64,000 nt of DNA from Spirochaetaceae bacterium (GTDB taxonomy: Bacteria; Spirochaetota; Spirochaetia; DSM-27196; PWMO01). Below are positions 29,716-39,413 of this stretch, one piece after another (the stretch's first letter is position 1; every line of letters begins with the position of its first letter). The DNA is taken from assembly GCA_007693485.1 (NCBI GenBank), contig REDM01000178.1:7092-71091 (forward strand). The letters are read 5' to 3'. Both the position numbers and the translations under genes were made by a program. The notes below the pieces were generated by a model. The model had not been told where the DNA came from and ran no database searches. It saw only the letters and a program-made list of their open reading frames with translations.

Positions 29716-30249
29716 GTGGACCGACGGCAATACGAAAAGCTCGAACTGATCGCCTTTATGGGCGCGCTCTGCCTGTTTTTCTCCACCATAGAGTACCTGT
29801 TCCCCAAGCCGTTTCCCTTTTTCCGGCTCGGACTGGCAAACCTGCCGGTTCTCGTCACCATCAAGCTCTTTCCGCCGGCATACGTGCTGTTGCTGGTACT
29901 GCTCAAGGTGTTGGGACACGGCCTCATCAACGGCACCCTTGCTTCCTACGTCTTTCTGTTCTCCACGGCCGGCTCCTTTGCAAGCGCTGTGGTGATGCTT
30001 GCGGCGTACTATCTCTGCCGGGACCGCATAACGCTTCTGGGCATCAGCGTCTTTGGCGCCCTCGCGAGTAACGTGGTACAGATCTTTTTGTCGGTAACCT
30101 TCATCTTCGGCAGGTCGGCATGGATCATCGCGCCGCCCTTCATGGCGCTGGGATCGGTCAGCGGTGTGGTGGTAGGCATCTTCGCCCAGCGGTTTTTCAC
30201 CCAGTCCCGCTGGGTGGCGGCTATTCGCACCTACTACGCGCCTGCCTGA
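29716..30249 (+). CDS. Gx transporter family membrane protein
   Basis: IEYLFPKPFPFFRLGLANL motif and several TM helices. Confidence 0.75.
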   Translation: MDRRQYEKLELIAFMGALCLFFSTIEYLFPKPFPFFRLGLANLPVLVTIKLFPPAYVLLLVLLKVLGHGLINGTLASYVFLFSTAGSFASAVVMLAAYYLCRDRITLLGISVFGALASNVVQIFLSVTFIFGRSAWIIAPPFMALGSVSGVVVGIFAQRFFTQSRWVAAIRTYYAPA

Positions 30250-30256
30250 GTCTGAC

Positions 30257-30913
30257 ATGCCAACCAACCGCCGGCGTCGACGACCGCCCAACCGACTCAA
30301 GGAGCACTTCAACGCGATGCATCTCTTTCTTACCGGGGCCCTCGTGCTTCCCGCCTACCTGTTTCAGCCGCTGCTCGTTGTGCGGATCGCACAGGTGCTG
30401 CTCTTTGCCGGGCTCGCCCACCTGGCCGGAAAACGCATCATGTGGATCTACTTTGCCATTACCGTTGCGTCGATCGCCTTCTTCAACCTGCTCACGCCGT
30501 TTGGCCGGGTGTTGGTATCTCTTGGGCCCCTGACGATCACGCGCGGTGCGCTCGAGGGCGGACTGATGAAGGGGTTCACCATCGTTGGGCTCGTGTTTAT
30601 CTCGCTCTTTTCCATTCGTCCTGACCTGCGATTGCCGGGACGTCTGGGGGGGCTGGTCGCGCGGGTGTTTTTCTACTTTGAGCGTATTATCGAGGGCAAA
30701 AAGCGGATTCAGGCCCGCCGCCTGATTGCGAGTATCGACGATGTTCTGGAAGAACTCTACGTGCCGGGCTCCGTTGCGGAAACTGCACCGGTGGAACGGA
30801 TTGACACAACGGCTTTGGGGTATGCTCTGATGGTGGCGGTCCTGGGACTCAACTGGGGGCTGCTCCTTGTTCAATCTCACATCGACTTGGTAGGATGGAT
30901 GACATGGGTTTGA
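30257..30913 (+). CDS. membrane protein, EcfT/CbiQ-like N-terminal part
   Basis: [28 protein letters not shown] resembles an ECF T-component loop. Confidence 0.55.
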   Translation: MPTNRRRRRPPNRLKEHFNAMHLFLTGALVLPAYLFQPLLVVRIAQVLLFAGLAHLAGKRIMWIYFAITVASIAFFNLLTPFGRVLVSLGPLTITRGALEGGLMKGFTIVGLVFISLFSIRPDLRLPGRLGGLVARVFFYFERIIEGKKRIQARRLIASIDDVLEELYVPGSVAETAPVERIDTTALGYALMVAVLGLNWGLLLVQSHIDLVGWMTWV

Positions 30914-32109
30914 GTGCCCGAATGGAAGCAGAATTCTCCCGCATCGATGCGGATCTCGCGCGTCTCAAGGACAACGGGCTCTACAAGCGCGAGCGGATTA
31001 TCACCGGACCGCAAGACGCGCATATTTCGGTGGAAGACGGACGCACGGTCATTAACCTCTGCGCCAACAATTATCTGGGGCTTGCCGCCCACCCCGAGGT
31101 GATCGCAGCGGCTCACGAAGCGCTCGATCGCTGGGGTTACGGCCTCTCTTCGGTGCGGTTCATCTGCGGAACCCAGGAGATCCACCGCCGGCTTGAGCAG
31201 GAGCTCGCGGAGTTTCTCGGGACCGAAGATGCGATCCTCTACGCCTCCTGTTTTGATGCCAACGGCGGCCTGTTTGAGACCCTGCTCGGGCCCGAGGACG
31301 CAGTGATCTCGGACTCGCTGAACCACGCGAGTATCATCGACGGCATCCGGCTCTGCAAGGCGCGGCGCCATCTCTACCGCAACGCGGACATGAACGAGCT
31401 GGAGGAGCGGCTGCGGGAAACTCAAGATGCTCGCGTCCGGCTGATCGCGACCGACGGTGTTTTTTCGATGGATGGGACCATCGCGCCCCTGGATAAGATC
31501 TGCGATCTGGCAGAACGGTACGACGCCCTGGTAATGATTGATGATTGCCACGCCGTGGGGTTTCTGGGTGAGGGCGGACGGGGCACCCACGAGTACCGCG
31601 GAGTCATCGACCGGGTGGACATCATCACCGGCACCCTCGGAAAGGCACTCGGGGGCGCGAGTGGTGGGTATACCGCGGCACGGCGCTCGGTGGTTGAGAT
31701 GCTGCGCCAGCGTTCGAGACCCTATCTGTTCTCCAACTCGGTGGCACCGCCGATCGTCGGGGCGTCCCTGGCTGCCCTGGATCTGGTGCGCCGCGATACG
31801 ACGCTTCGCACCCGCCTCTTCGAGAACACCGCCTGGTTTCGCAGCGCCCTCGCTGCCGCAGGTCTGACCGTGCCCGAGGGTACCCATCCCATCGTGCCCA
31901 TCATGCTGGGAGAGGCACAGATCGCCCAGACCATGGCAACGCGGCTTCTGGAGCACGGCATCTATGCGGTTGGATTTTTCTTCCCGGTGGTTCCGCAGGG
32001 AACCGCCCGTATTCGAACCCAGGTCTCCGCGGCGCACTCCCGCGAGGATCTCGAACGCGCGGTTACCGCCTTTGCCGAGGTGGCCCGCGATCTTGGCGTG
32101 TTGGCGTGA
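30910..32109 (+). CDS. kbl: glycine C-acetyltransferase (2-amino-3-ketobutyrate CoA ligase)
   Basis: [42 protein letters not shown] and [11 protein letters not shown]. Start is uncertain by a few codons. Confidence 0.92.
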   Translation: MSARMEAEFSRIDADLARLKDNGLYKRERIITGPQDAHISVEDGRTVINLCANNYLGLAAHPEVIAAAHEALDRWGYGLSSVRFICGTQEIHRRLEQELAEFLGTEDAILYASCFDANGGLFETLLGPEDAVISDSLNHASIIDGIRLCKARRHLYRNADMNELEERLRETQDARVRLIATDGVFSMDGTIAPLDKICDLAERYDALVMIDDCHAVGFLGEGGRGTHEYRGVIDRVDIITGTLGKALGGASGGYTAARRSVVEMLRQRSRPYLFSNSVAPPIVGASLAALDLVRRDTTLRTRLFENTAWFRSALAAAGLTVPEGTHPIVPIMLGEAQIAQTMATRLLEHGIYAVGFFFPVVPQGTARIRTQVSAAHSREDLERAVTAFAEVARDLGVLA

Positions 32110-32140
32110 GTGTCGCCGTACCGTGAGAGGAGTAACACCG

Positions 32141-33205
32141 GTGGACTACATGATCAGTGGGATACAGCAGATTGGGGTTGGAATTCCCGACAAGGAGCGT
32201 GCCTGGCGCTGGTACCGCGAGCACTTCAACATGGATGTGCCGGTGTTTCAGGAGGCCGCGGAGGCCCCGCTCATGACGCTCTACACCGGGGGTGTGGTCC
32301 AGAGCCGTGACGCGGCCCTCGCCCTCAACATGGCCGGTGGTGGCGGATTTGAGATCTGGCAGTACACAAGCCGGATTCCGGTGCCCCCGTCCTTCCAGCC
32401 CGCGCTCGGCGATTTTGGAATTCTCGCTGCGCGTATCAAGACGCAGGATACCCGCGCGGTGGAGCGAAGGCTGCGTGAGCGGGGGGCCATGGTGCTTGGA
32501 AAGAGCGCTGCCGATCCGGTCGGCAACCTGCACTGTTTTGTGCTCGACCCGCACGGTTTCCTGTTTGATGTGGTGACCGAACGGGAGGGCTGGTTTGGGA
32601 GGACGGGCCCGAGCGGAACCGGCGGAGTCAGCGGCGCCATGATCGGCGTGTCCGACGTGGAAGCCGCCCGGCGGCTCTACAGCGGTCTCTTGGGGTATGA
32701 CCGGGTTGTGTACGACGAATCCGGGGTGTTCGACGACCTTTCAGCCCTTCCCGGTGGTGGGGCGACGCTGCGACGGGTACTGCTGACACACTCTCAGCCG
32801 CGAAGCGGTGCGTTCTCGCAGCTTCTGGGCCCCACGTCGATCGAGCTGATTCAGGGGCTGGACCGCGACGGCCGCAACCTCTTTCGCGACCGGTACTGGG
32901 GTGACCTCGGGTTCATTCACCTCTGTTTCGACGTCATCGGTATGAACGCGCTCAAGGAAGCCGCAGCGGATGCCGGATTCGCCTTCACCGTCGACAGCGG
33001 TGAAAGCTTTGACATGGGAGAGGCTGCCGGACGGTTTGCCTATCTGGAAGATCCGGACGGGAATCTGATTGAGTTTGTGGAAACGCACCGCGTCCCGATC
33101 ATCAAGGCTGCCGGCTGGTACCTCAACCTGCAGAAGCGCAACCCGCGAAAGCCGTTGCCGCGCATGATGATCAGGGCGATGGGATTGGGCCGCATCAAGG
33201 AGTGA
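32141..33205 (+). CDS. tandem VOC/glyoxalase-fold protein
   Basis: ISGIQQIGVG, GGGGFEIWQY, GFIHLCFDV and FAYLEDPDGNLIEFVET. GTG start after GAGGAG. Confidence 0.8.
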   Translation: MDYMISGIQQIGVGIPDKERAWRWYREHFNMDVPVFQEAAEAPLMTLYTGGVVQSRDAALALNMAGGGGFEIWQYTSRIPVPPSFQPALGDFGILAARIKTQDTRAVERRLRERGAMVLGKSAADPVGNLHCFVLDPHGFLFDVVTEREGWFGRTGPSGTGGVSGAMIGVSDVEAARRLYSGLLGYDRVVYDESGVFDDLSALPGGGATLRRVLLTHSQPRSGAFSQLLGPTSIELIQGLDRDGRNLFRDRYWGDLGFIHLCFDVIGMNALKEAAADAGFAFTVDSGESFDMGEAAGRFAYLEDPDGNLIEFVETHRVPIIKAAGWYLNLQKRNPRKPLPRMMIRAMGLGRIKE

Positions 33206-33244
33206 TGCGGCCCGTCGGGCATCCGGGGAGAGCCGGGCAGCCTT

Positions 33245-34534
33245 CTATGCTGCGCTTTTTCCGTAGACCCGGGTGATCTTTGCTTCGTCTTCGCCGTTGA
33301 ACTTCAGATCCATCTTCAGCTCGTCGCGCATCTGCCGAAAGACTTCGATGGTCCGGTTGATGTCGTCGTCGTTGTGGGATGTGGTGGGAATCATCCGGAA
33401 CATACAGAGCCCCAGCGGGATGACCGGGTAGGTGATTGCGGTGGCAAACACGCCGCGGTCGCGCAGGAAGCGGACCAGCTGCTTGCCGACCTCCTCGGTC
33501 TGACGCCCATTGATAGGGGCAAACACCGCACAGATGGGGGACTCGCCCGCGCCAATGAAATACCCAAGCTCTCGCAGTCCATTTTTCAGTTTGTCGGAGT
33601 TTTCCCACATCTTTGCGCGATTTGCATCGGCGTTCTTCACGAGATCCAGGGTCTTCTGCAGCGATTTCACGTAGATCATGGGAAGACTCTTGGCAAACAC
33701 CTGGGTGCGAGCGTTGTAGCTTATCCAGTCGCGCACCGCCTTGGTTGTTGCCGAGAAACCGCCGATTGATGCGAACGCCTTGGCGAAGGTTCCAAAGTAG
33801 ACGTCCACCTCGTCCTGCACGCCAAAGTGATCGGCAACGCCCCGTCCCTGAGAGCCCATGACGCCCCAGCCGTGCGCGTCGTCCACGAAGATGCGGAAGT
33901 TGTATTTCTTCTTCAGTGCGGCGATCTCGTCCAGTCGCGCAAGGTCGCCGGTCATGCCGTAGACGCCCTCGACAAGGACCATCGATCCACCCTTACCCTG
34001 CTTCTCTACGCTCTGCAGCACACTCTCGAGGTCGGCGATGTTGTTGTGCTTGAACACCCGAACCTGCCCCGGCGCCATCATCGCCGCATCGACGATACAG
34101 GCATGGGCGAGCTTGTCCATGATGAGGGTATCCTCGGGACCCGCGAGTGAGGTGATGGTACCAATGACGCCCAGGTATCCGTAGTTAAACAGGATTGCGG
34201 CTTCCTTCTGCGTGAACGCTGCAAGTTCGCGCTCAAGCTGAAGGTGGTACGGGGTATTGCCGGTCATCATCCGGGAACCCATCGGTGCGCTGACCCCGTA
34301 GGTTTGAGCTGCCTCTACGGCGACCTGCTTGATCTCTTCGTTCTCCGCCAGGCCGAGGTAGTTGTTCACCGACCACATGATGCGAGGGCTCCCCTCGAAC
34401 TCCATCATTCGTCCGGGAATCGGGTCGACAATCGGTCGGGTGAAGTAGTGATCGTCTTCTACCCGCTGGCCGCCATAGTACCCGCCATCACCATGACACT
34501 TATCAAAGATGTCCGGTCGCGTGTTCATCTCCAT
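33245..34534 (-). CDS. PLP alpha-oxoamine synthase, putative cysteate C-acyltransferase (CapB/SulA-like)
   Basis: WSVNNYLGL, MGSRMMTG, DKLAHACI, VDDAHG, PLP-Lys in GTFAKAF, and YNARTQVFAKSLPM. Directly downstream of the cysteate synthase. Confidence 0.7.
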   Translation of the reverse strand: MEMNTRPDIFDKCHGDGGYYGGQRVEDDHYFTRPIVDPIPGRMMEFEGSPRIMWSVNNYLGLAENEEIKQVAVEAAQTYGVSAPMGSRMMTGNTPYHLQLERELAAFTQKEAAILFNYGYLGVIGTITSLAGPEDTLIMDKLAHACIVDAAMMAPGQVRVFKHNNIADLESVLQSVEKQGKGGSMVLVEGVYGMTGDLARLDEIAALKKKYNFRIFVDDAHGWGVMGSQGRGVADHFGVQDEVDVYFGTFAKAFASIGGFSATTKAVRDWISYNARTQVFAKSLPMIYVKSLQKTLDLVKNADANRAKMWENSDKLKNGLRELGYFIGAGESPICAVFAPINGRQTEEVGKQLVRFLRDRGVFATAITYPVIPLGLCMFRMIPTTSHNDDDINRTIEVFRQMRDELKMDLKFNGEDEAKITRVYGKSAA

Positions 34535-34549
34535 TGCTTCCTCCATATG

Positions 34550-35848
34550 CTATCGACGGGCACCGTCTGGTGCATCCATTACGAGCCGTGCAACCGTCTC
34601 AGGATGGGCTTCCGCGCGGGAAACCACCACTCTGGGAGCAACTGCATAGGTTTTCTGTTCTCGAGCAAACCGGCGCATACCGCCACCGGTGATGTTGAGC
34701 ATGATTGTTGCATCGGGTTCGACCGAACCGTCGCGTACCGCGGCCACCAGGCTCGCAACCGCAACGGCGGCGGCCTCGGCAATGTCAATTCCTTCGGTAT
34801 CTTCAAACAGCTGTGCGGCGGCACGGGCATCGTGGTTTTCGACCGCAAAGATCTCACCGTCGGTGGCGCAGAGTGCGTCGTAGAGACCACCGGTTACCGA
34901 GTAGGGTGGGTTGCGGTTTGAGAGCACCGCAGCGTAGATATCGTTGATCTGTGCTTTTTCGGTCGCCTCATCGCAATGCACGAGGGCCCGCGAGCGCAGC
35001 CTCCACGAGTCGTACATGAGGAGGAAGGGCGCGTTCTGGGACAGCATCAGTTTCATGGTGGTCTTCCCAAAGCGCCCGTCGGCGAGGAATCGCCGATTGG
35101 CCTCCCACGCGGCGATCGCTCCGGTCCCGCTTCCGATCGCCTGAAAGAAATAATCGGGGATGCGTCCGATGGTTGTGACGGCCGAGAGCACTGTGGTCCC
35201 CATTCCGTCGCGTCGGGCTACGTTGCGCGCACCGCCCTCGGCAACATAGCCGTCGAGCGATGCGATCATCGCAGCAAGGTCGATCGCGTCTGAGTAGTCG
35301 GCGCCGTCACCTGCGGCCACTACCGTGACGCAGTTGTGCACCGGAAATGGGCTCCAGACGGCGTCGAGGTTTTTTTCGGGAACAACAACCACCGCCGGGA
35401 TTCGATTCTGCGAACAGACGTGGATGAAGGCGCGCGCGGTGTTTCCCGCCGAGGCAACCACAAGCGATGCGGGAAAGTCGTCGGGAATGCGACCACACAC
35501 CGAAAACGCCTCGCACTCCTTGAAGGTGCCGGTGAGCATCAGCGCGTCTCGTTCGGGCCAGTATCCGCTGAAGGTGACGTAGAGATTGTTCAGCCCCAGT
35601 TCGCGGGCGAGGCCGTTGCTTTTGTAGGTAATGGGAGCCGACGATCCCGAAAGGCTCCGCGACAGGGGGAGCCAGTCGCGGAAGCGATAGATCCCGTGAT
35701 CGGCATCAAGCAGCTGTAACCGGCGCGCCTGGTACTCGGTACGAAGGAGGGCGGATTGAGGAGCCCCCGCGTTTCCCAGCAGAATGGTATTTCGACTGTC
35801 GGGAAGACGGTGGCCGGAACCCAAGCAGGTGAGTTCGTATTCTGTCAT
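34550..35848 (-). CDS. cysteate synthase (threonine-synthase-like PLP enzyme)
   Basis: TFSGYWPER, TGTFKECEA, ASAGNTARAF, EGGARNVARRDGMGT, QAIGSGTGAIAAWEA, LSNRNPPY and LNITGGG. Confidence 0.85.
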   Translation of the reverse strand: MTEYELTCLGSGHRLPDSRNTILLGNAGAPQSALLRTEYQARRLQLLDADHGIYRFRDWLPLSRSLSGSSAPITYKSNGLARELGLNNLYVTFSGYWPERDALMLTGTFKECEAFSVCGRIPDDFPASLVVASAGNTARAFIHVCSQNRIPAVVVVPEKNLDAVWSPFPVHNCVTVVAAGDGADYSDAIDLAAMIASLDGYVAEGGARNVARRDGMGTTVLSAVTTIGRIPDYFFQAIGSGTGAIAAWEANRRFLADGRFGKTTMKLMLSQNAPFLLMYDSWRLRSRALVHCDEATEKAQINDIYAAVLSNRNPPYSVTGGLYDALCATDGEIFAVENHDARAAAQLFEDTEGIDIAEAAAVAVASLVAAVRDGSVEPDATIMLNITGGGMRRFAREQKTYAVAPRVVVSRAEAHPETVARLVMDAPDGARR

Positions 35849-36001
35849 GAACAACCTGTTCTTTTCACGCTGTGCCGATGATCAACAACCTTTCCGCCTA
35901 TTGTCAACTGATTTCTTGTCGAATGGCTGTTCCTCATCGTTTTCTTACCGTTTGGCCGGGAACGCGCGTTCGTCGCTGCGCCGATTACAGAGAAAAGCAG
36001 T

Positions 36002-36016
36002 TTTTATGACATAAAA
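36002..36016. promoter_or_regulatory. 7-1-7 palindrome, candidate TetR operator
   Basis: TTTTATG-A-CATAAAA between the divergent cysteate synthase and tetR genes. Confidence 0.5.
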
Positions 36017-36029
36017 GAGTAGTGAAGAT

Positions 36030-36058
36030 TTGAGAATTGGATTCATTTTGTGTATGAT
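36030..36058 (+). promoter_or_regulatory. tetR promoter
   Basis: TTGAGA-N17-TATGAT with an in-frame GTG 6 nt downstream. Confidence 0.55.
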
Positions 36059-36064
36059 AGAGTG

Positions 36065-36730
36065 GTGAGCGAACAGAGCCGGATTGCATCCGGTCGAACC
36101 GATCGTCGTGCCCTGCTTCTCTCGGTCGGGCGAACCTTGTTCGAGCGCAATGGGTATCGTGGCGTTTCGGTCGAACAGGTGACCCGCCGGGCCGGCCTGA
36201 GCGCAGGTACCTTCTACAACTATTTCTCCGGCAAAGAGGCGTTCTACTCGAGTGTACTCGACGAAATCGAGGCTGAGGGGATCCGCAAGGCCAATCAGAT
36301 TGTCCAGCGGCTGCATTCTCCCATGAACAAACTGCGCGCCCTCTATCGGTTTATTACCCTCGGGTTGCGTCAGAACCCCATTCTCAAAGGCATCTTCCTC
36401 GGGAAGGCCGAATACCGCTTCCCCGGCGCAACCGAGCGGTCGGCTCGAAGAGACGGGCTGAGGCCGCACCTTGAGCGCATGGTTGATGAGATCATCCGTG
36501 AGGGAACGCGCAAGGGAGTGTTTCGTGCGAGCCTCTACCACAATACCACGGCCATGGTGACCGCCGTCTTTGACGCGGTGATTCTGCACGTAGAAGACGA
36601 TAACGCCGAAGAACTGTTTGCCGATCTTCTCACCTTTCTCCAGCGCGGCCTCCGCCGTGCGCTCCACCTTCGACGGCGCGATGAGCGTCGCGACCGCCGG
36701 CTGCTCGGTGAAGCATCGGACTGGATTTAA
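36065..36730 (+). CDS. TetR/AcrR-family transcriptional regulator
   Basis: LFERNGYRGVSVEQVTRRAGLSAGTFYNYFSGKE HTH. Confidence 0.9.
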   Translation: MSEQSRIASGRTDRRALLLSVGRTLFERNGYRGVSVEQVTRRAGLSAGTFYNYFSGKEAFYSSVLDEIEAEGIRKANQIVQRLHSPMNKLRALYRFITLGLRQNPILKGIFLGKAEYRFPGATERSARRDGLRPHLERMVDEIIREGTRKGVFRASLYHNTTAMVTAVFDAVILHVEDDNAEELFADLLTFLQRGLRRALHLRRRDERRDRRLLGEASDWI

Positions 36731-36966
36731 TCGAGTCCCGCATCGGACTCAAACATGTCGGCGTAGATCTCGCGGATACGCTCGACGTACTCATCCGGGG
36801 CCTCAACGTGTCCCCAACCGAGCTGCACCTGAAAAATGGCGGTGTAGGCAGAGTCGTGCCTGCTGACGATGACGTGGGGAATCTCTTCTGCTTCGAGGTG
36901 GGCCTGTAATAATCGTGCCTCGACCTCGTTTCGCAGCTCGATAACCGGTTCGCGCTTGGACATCAT
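36727..36966 (-). CDS. small hypothetical protein (DUF2007-like)
   Basis: NEVEARLLQAHLEAEEIPH pattern. Confidence 0.6.
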   Translation of the reverse strand: MMSKREPVIELRNEVEARLLQAHLEAEEIPHVIVSRHDSAYTAIFQVQLGWGHVEAPDEYVERIREIYADMFESDAGLD

Positions 36967-37031
36967 GGCAGAAGCGTACCCCAAGACGGGCGCACCGGCA
37001 ATATGTGTAGAAATGTATACAGTGTGCATGG

Positions 37032-37060
37032 TTGACAAACAAAGGGCTATCCGGTAGGTT
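37032..37060 (+). promoter_or_regulatory. rny operon promoter
   Basis: TTGACA-N17-TAGGTT. Confidence 0.6.
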
Positions 37061-37094
37061 TGAGCATTATATGAATTGAATTGGAGGGGTGACG

Positions 37095-38624
37095 ATGCAA
37101 CTACTGTGGTGGATCGCCCTTCCTCTCATTGGTGTTGTTCTAGGTTGGATAATTCGCTGGTTGTATGCCAGATTTCAGCTCTCATCGTCCGAACAGAGGG
37201 CTGAACGGTTAAAACGGGACGCAATCAAGGAAGCGGAAGCTCAGAAACGAGAGCTTCTCTTAGAGGCAAAAGATGAGCTGTTACGGGAGCGGAATGAACA
37301 GGAACGCGAGCTCAGAGAGCGGCGCAACGAGTTGCAGCGCATCGAGAAACGGCTTCTTCAGAAGGACGAAAACCTAGAAAACAAGACAGCGGCGGTCGAG
37401 CGACAGCAGACAGCCTTCGCAGACCGAGAGAGGAAGTTGACCGAACGCGAGGACGAGATCTCGCAGCAAGAAAACGGCTGGCGCCTACGTCTGGAAGAAA
37501 TTTCCGGGCTCACGGCGGAAGACGCAAAGAAGATGATCGTTCAATCCCTGGAGGACGAAGCGCGGCATGACGCGCAGGGATTGCTCAACAAGATCGAGCA
37601 GGAAGCCGGTGCGGCGGCCGAAAAGTCCGCGCGCGAGATCCTGGTTTCCACCATTCAACGGATGGCATCCGATGTCAACGCCGAAGTCACGGTGACATCG
37701 GTCACGCTTCCGTCGGACGAGATGAAGGGCCGGATCATCGGCCGCGAAGGGCGCAACATACGCACCCTCGAGACGCTCACCGGGGTGGATATCATCATCG
37801 ATGATACGCCCGAGGCGGTGGTTGTGTCGTGCTTTGACCCGGTGCGCAAAGAGATCGCCAAGCGATCGCTGGAACGGCTTATCTCGGACGGCCGCATTCA
37901 TCCCACCCGGATCGAAGAGGTGGTGCAGAAGGTAACCGCCGAAATCAGCCAGATCATCTACGAAGAGGGCGAGAAGGTTCTCTTTGACCTGGGCGTTCAT
38001 CACATGAAGCCGGAGGGCATTCGTGCGATCGGGCGTCTCCATTTTCGGACGAGCTACGGACAGAACGTCTTGGCTCATACGAAGGAAGTGGCGATTTTCG
38101 CCGGTATGATTGCCGCGGAAGTTGGCGCAGATCGTGATATCGCGCGTCGTGGTGGCCTGCTGCACGACGTGGGAAAAGGTATCGAGAGCGACGGCGACAC
38201 CAACCACGTGGAGCTCGGCGTAGAGCTGGCAAAGCGGATCGGAGAAGACGATACGGTCATCAACTGTATCGCCGCTCATCACGGAGACGTGCCGCACAGC
38301 TGTGTCGAGTCGGTGATTGTGCAGATTGCCGATGCGCTCTCGGCGTCACGGCCCGGTGCCCGGCGTGAGACGCTTGACAACTACATCAAGCGGCTGGAGA
38401 ACCTCGAGAAGATCGCCGAAGAGTTCGAGGGCGTTGAGAAGGCGTACGCAATCCAGGCGGGCCGAGAACTTCGTATCATGGTTGATCATGAAAAGGTCTC
38501 AGATGCAGAAGCACGCGACATCGCCAAGAGCATCGCGCGGCGCATCGAAGAACAACTGCGGTATCCGGGCCGGATCAAGGTCACCATGATCCGGGAGACC
38601 CGGATCATCGAGTATGCCCGATAA
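37095..38624 (+). CDS. rny: ribonuclease Y
   Basis: TM helix, coiled coil, KH (KGRIIGREGRNIR) and HD domain (LLHDVGK). Confidence 0.96.
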   Translation: MQLLWWIALPLIGVVLGWIIRWLYARFQLSSSEQRAERLKRDAIKEAEAQKRELLLEAKDELLRERNEQERELRERRNELQRIEKRLLQKDENLENKTAAVERQQTAFADRERKLTEREDEISQQENGWRLRLEEISGLTAEDAKKMIVQSLEDEARHDAQGLLNKIEQEAGAAAEKSAREILVSTIQRMASDVNAEVTVTSVTLPSDEMKGRIIGREGRNIRTLETLTGVDIIIDDTPEAVVVSCFDPVRKEIAKRSLERLISDGRIHPTRIEEVVQKVTAEISQIIYEEGEKVLFDLGVHHMKPEGIRAIGRLHFRTSYGQNVLAHTKEVAIFAGMIAAEVGADRDIARRGGLLHDVGKGIESDGDTNHVELGVELAKRIGEDDTVINCIAAHHGDVPHSCVESVIVQIADALSASRPGARRETLDNYIKRLENLEKIAEEFEGVEKAYAIQAGRELRIMVDHEKVSDAEARDIAKSIARRIEEQLRYPGRIKVTMIRETRIIEYAR

Positions 38625-39411
38625 AGACTTCACCGTTCTGATCCTCGGCGACATCATCGGTCGCTCGGGGATCCGGGCGGTCATCTCGGGCCTCTCTTCC
38701 CTCGTGAAACAGCACGGAGCGGATTTTGTCCTTGCAAACGGAGAGAACTCCGCCGGCGGCTTTGGCATCACGCAGGAGATCGCGGGGCAGCTCTTTGCGG
38801 CGGGCGTTCACGTCATTACGACGGGAAACCACATCTGGCAGCAGTCGGAAGTGTTTCCCTACCTCGACCAGGAAGATCGAATTCTGCGCCCTGCCAATTA
38901 TCCCGGCGGGAACCCCGGTCACGGCCACTGCGTGGTTGAGGCGCGTGGCGTGCGCGTTGGGGTCATCAATCTGCAGGGGCGCCGTCGCCTCTATCCCATT
39001 GACTGCCCGTTTCGCAAGGCCAAAGAGACCATCCGGAAAATCAGCTCCAGCGCAGATATCATCATCATCGACGTCCATGCCGAGGCAACGGAAGAAAAGG
39101 AGGCGCTCGCCTTCTTCCTCGATGGGCAGGTCAACGCACTGTTTGGAACCCACACGCACATTCAGACCGCAGACGATCGCATCCTGCCGGGTGGTACCGG
39201 GTACCTGACCGACCTGGGTGCCTGCGGCCCTGCCGACAGCGTCATTGGTTTTGACCCGCAGATCAGCGTCGAGCGGGTGCGCTCGCAGATGCCGTTGCGC
39301 AACGAGGTGTCGGATAACGTCGCCGTTCTGCACGGCGCGGTGCTCACGGTGTCGCGGGCCGACTGGAAAACCGTTGTCTTCCACCGGTTTCAGGAACGCT
39401 CGCTGGTCTGA
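38614..39411 (+). CDS. ymdB: YmdB-family metallophosphoesterase
   Basis: GDIIG, NGENSAGG, TGNH, DVHAEAT and GTHTH; follows rny. Confidence 0.9.
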   Translation: MPDKDFTVLILGDIIGRSGIRAVISGLSSLVKQHGADFVLANGENSAGGFGITQEIAGQLFAAGVHVITTGNHIWQQSEVFPYLDQEDRILRPANYPGGNPGHGHCVVEARGVRVGVINLQGRRRLYPIDCPFRKAKETIRKISSSADIIIIDVHAEATEEKEALAFFLDGQVNALFGTHTHIQTADDRILPGGTGYLTDLGACGPADSVIGFDPQISVERVRSQMPLRNEVSDNVAVLHGAVLTVSRADWKTVVFHRFQERSLV

Positions 39412-39413
39412 CC

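Noticed and set aside
34550-35848. Threonine synthase or coenzyme M pathway gene
   Set aside because: Motifs fit cysteate synthase better; no hom/thrB or comDE neighbours, and the partner is an acyl-condensing enzyme.
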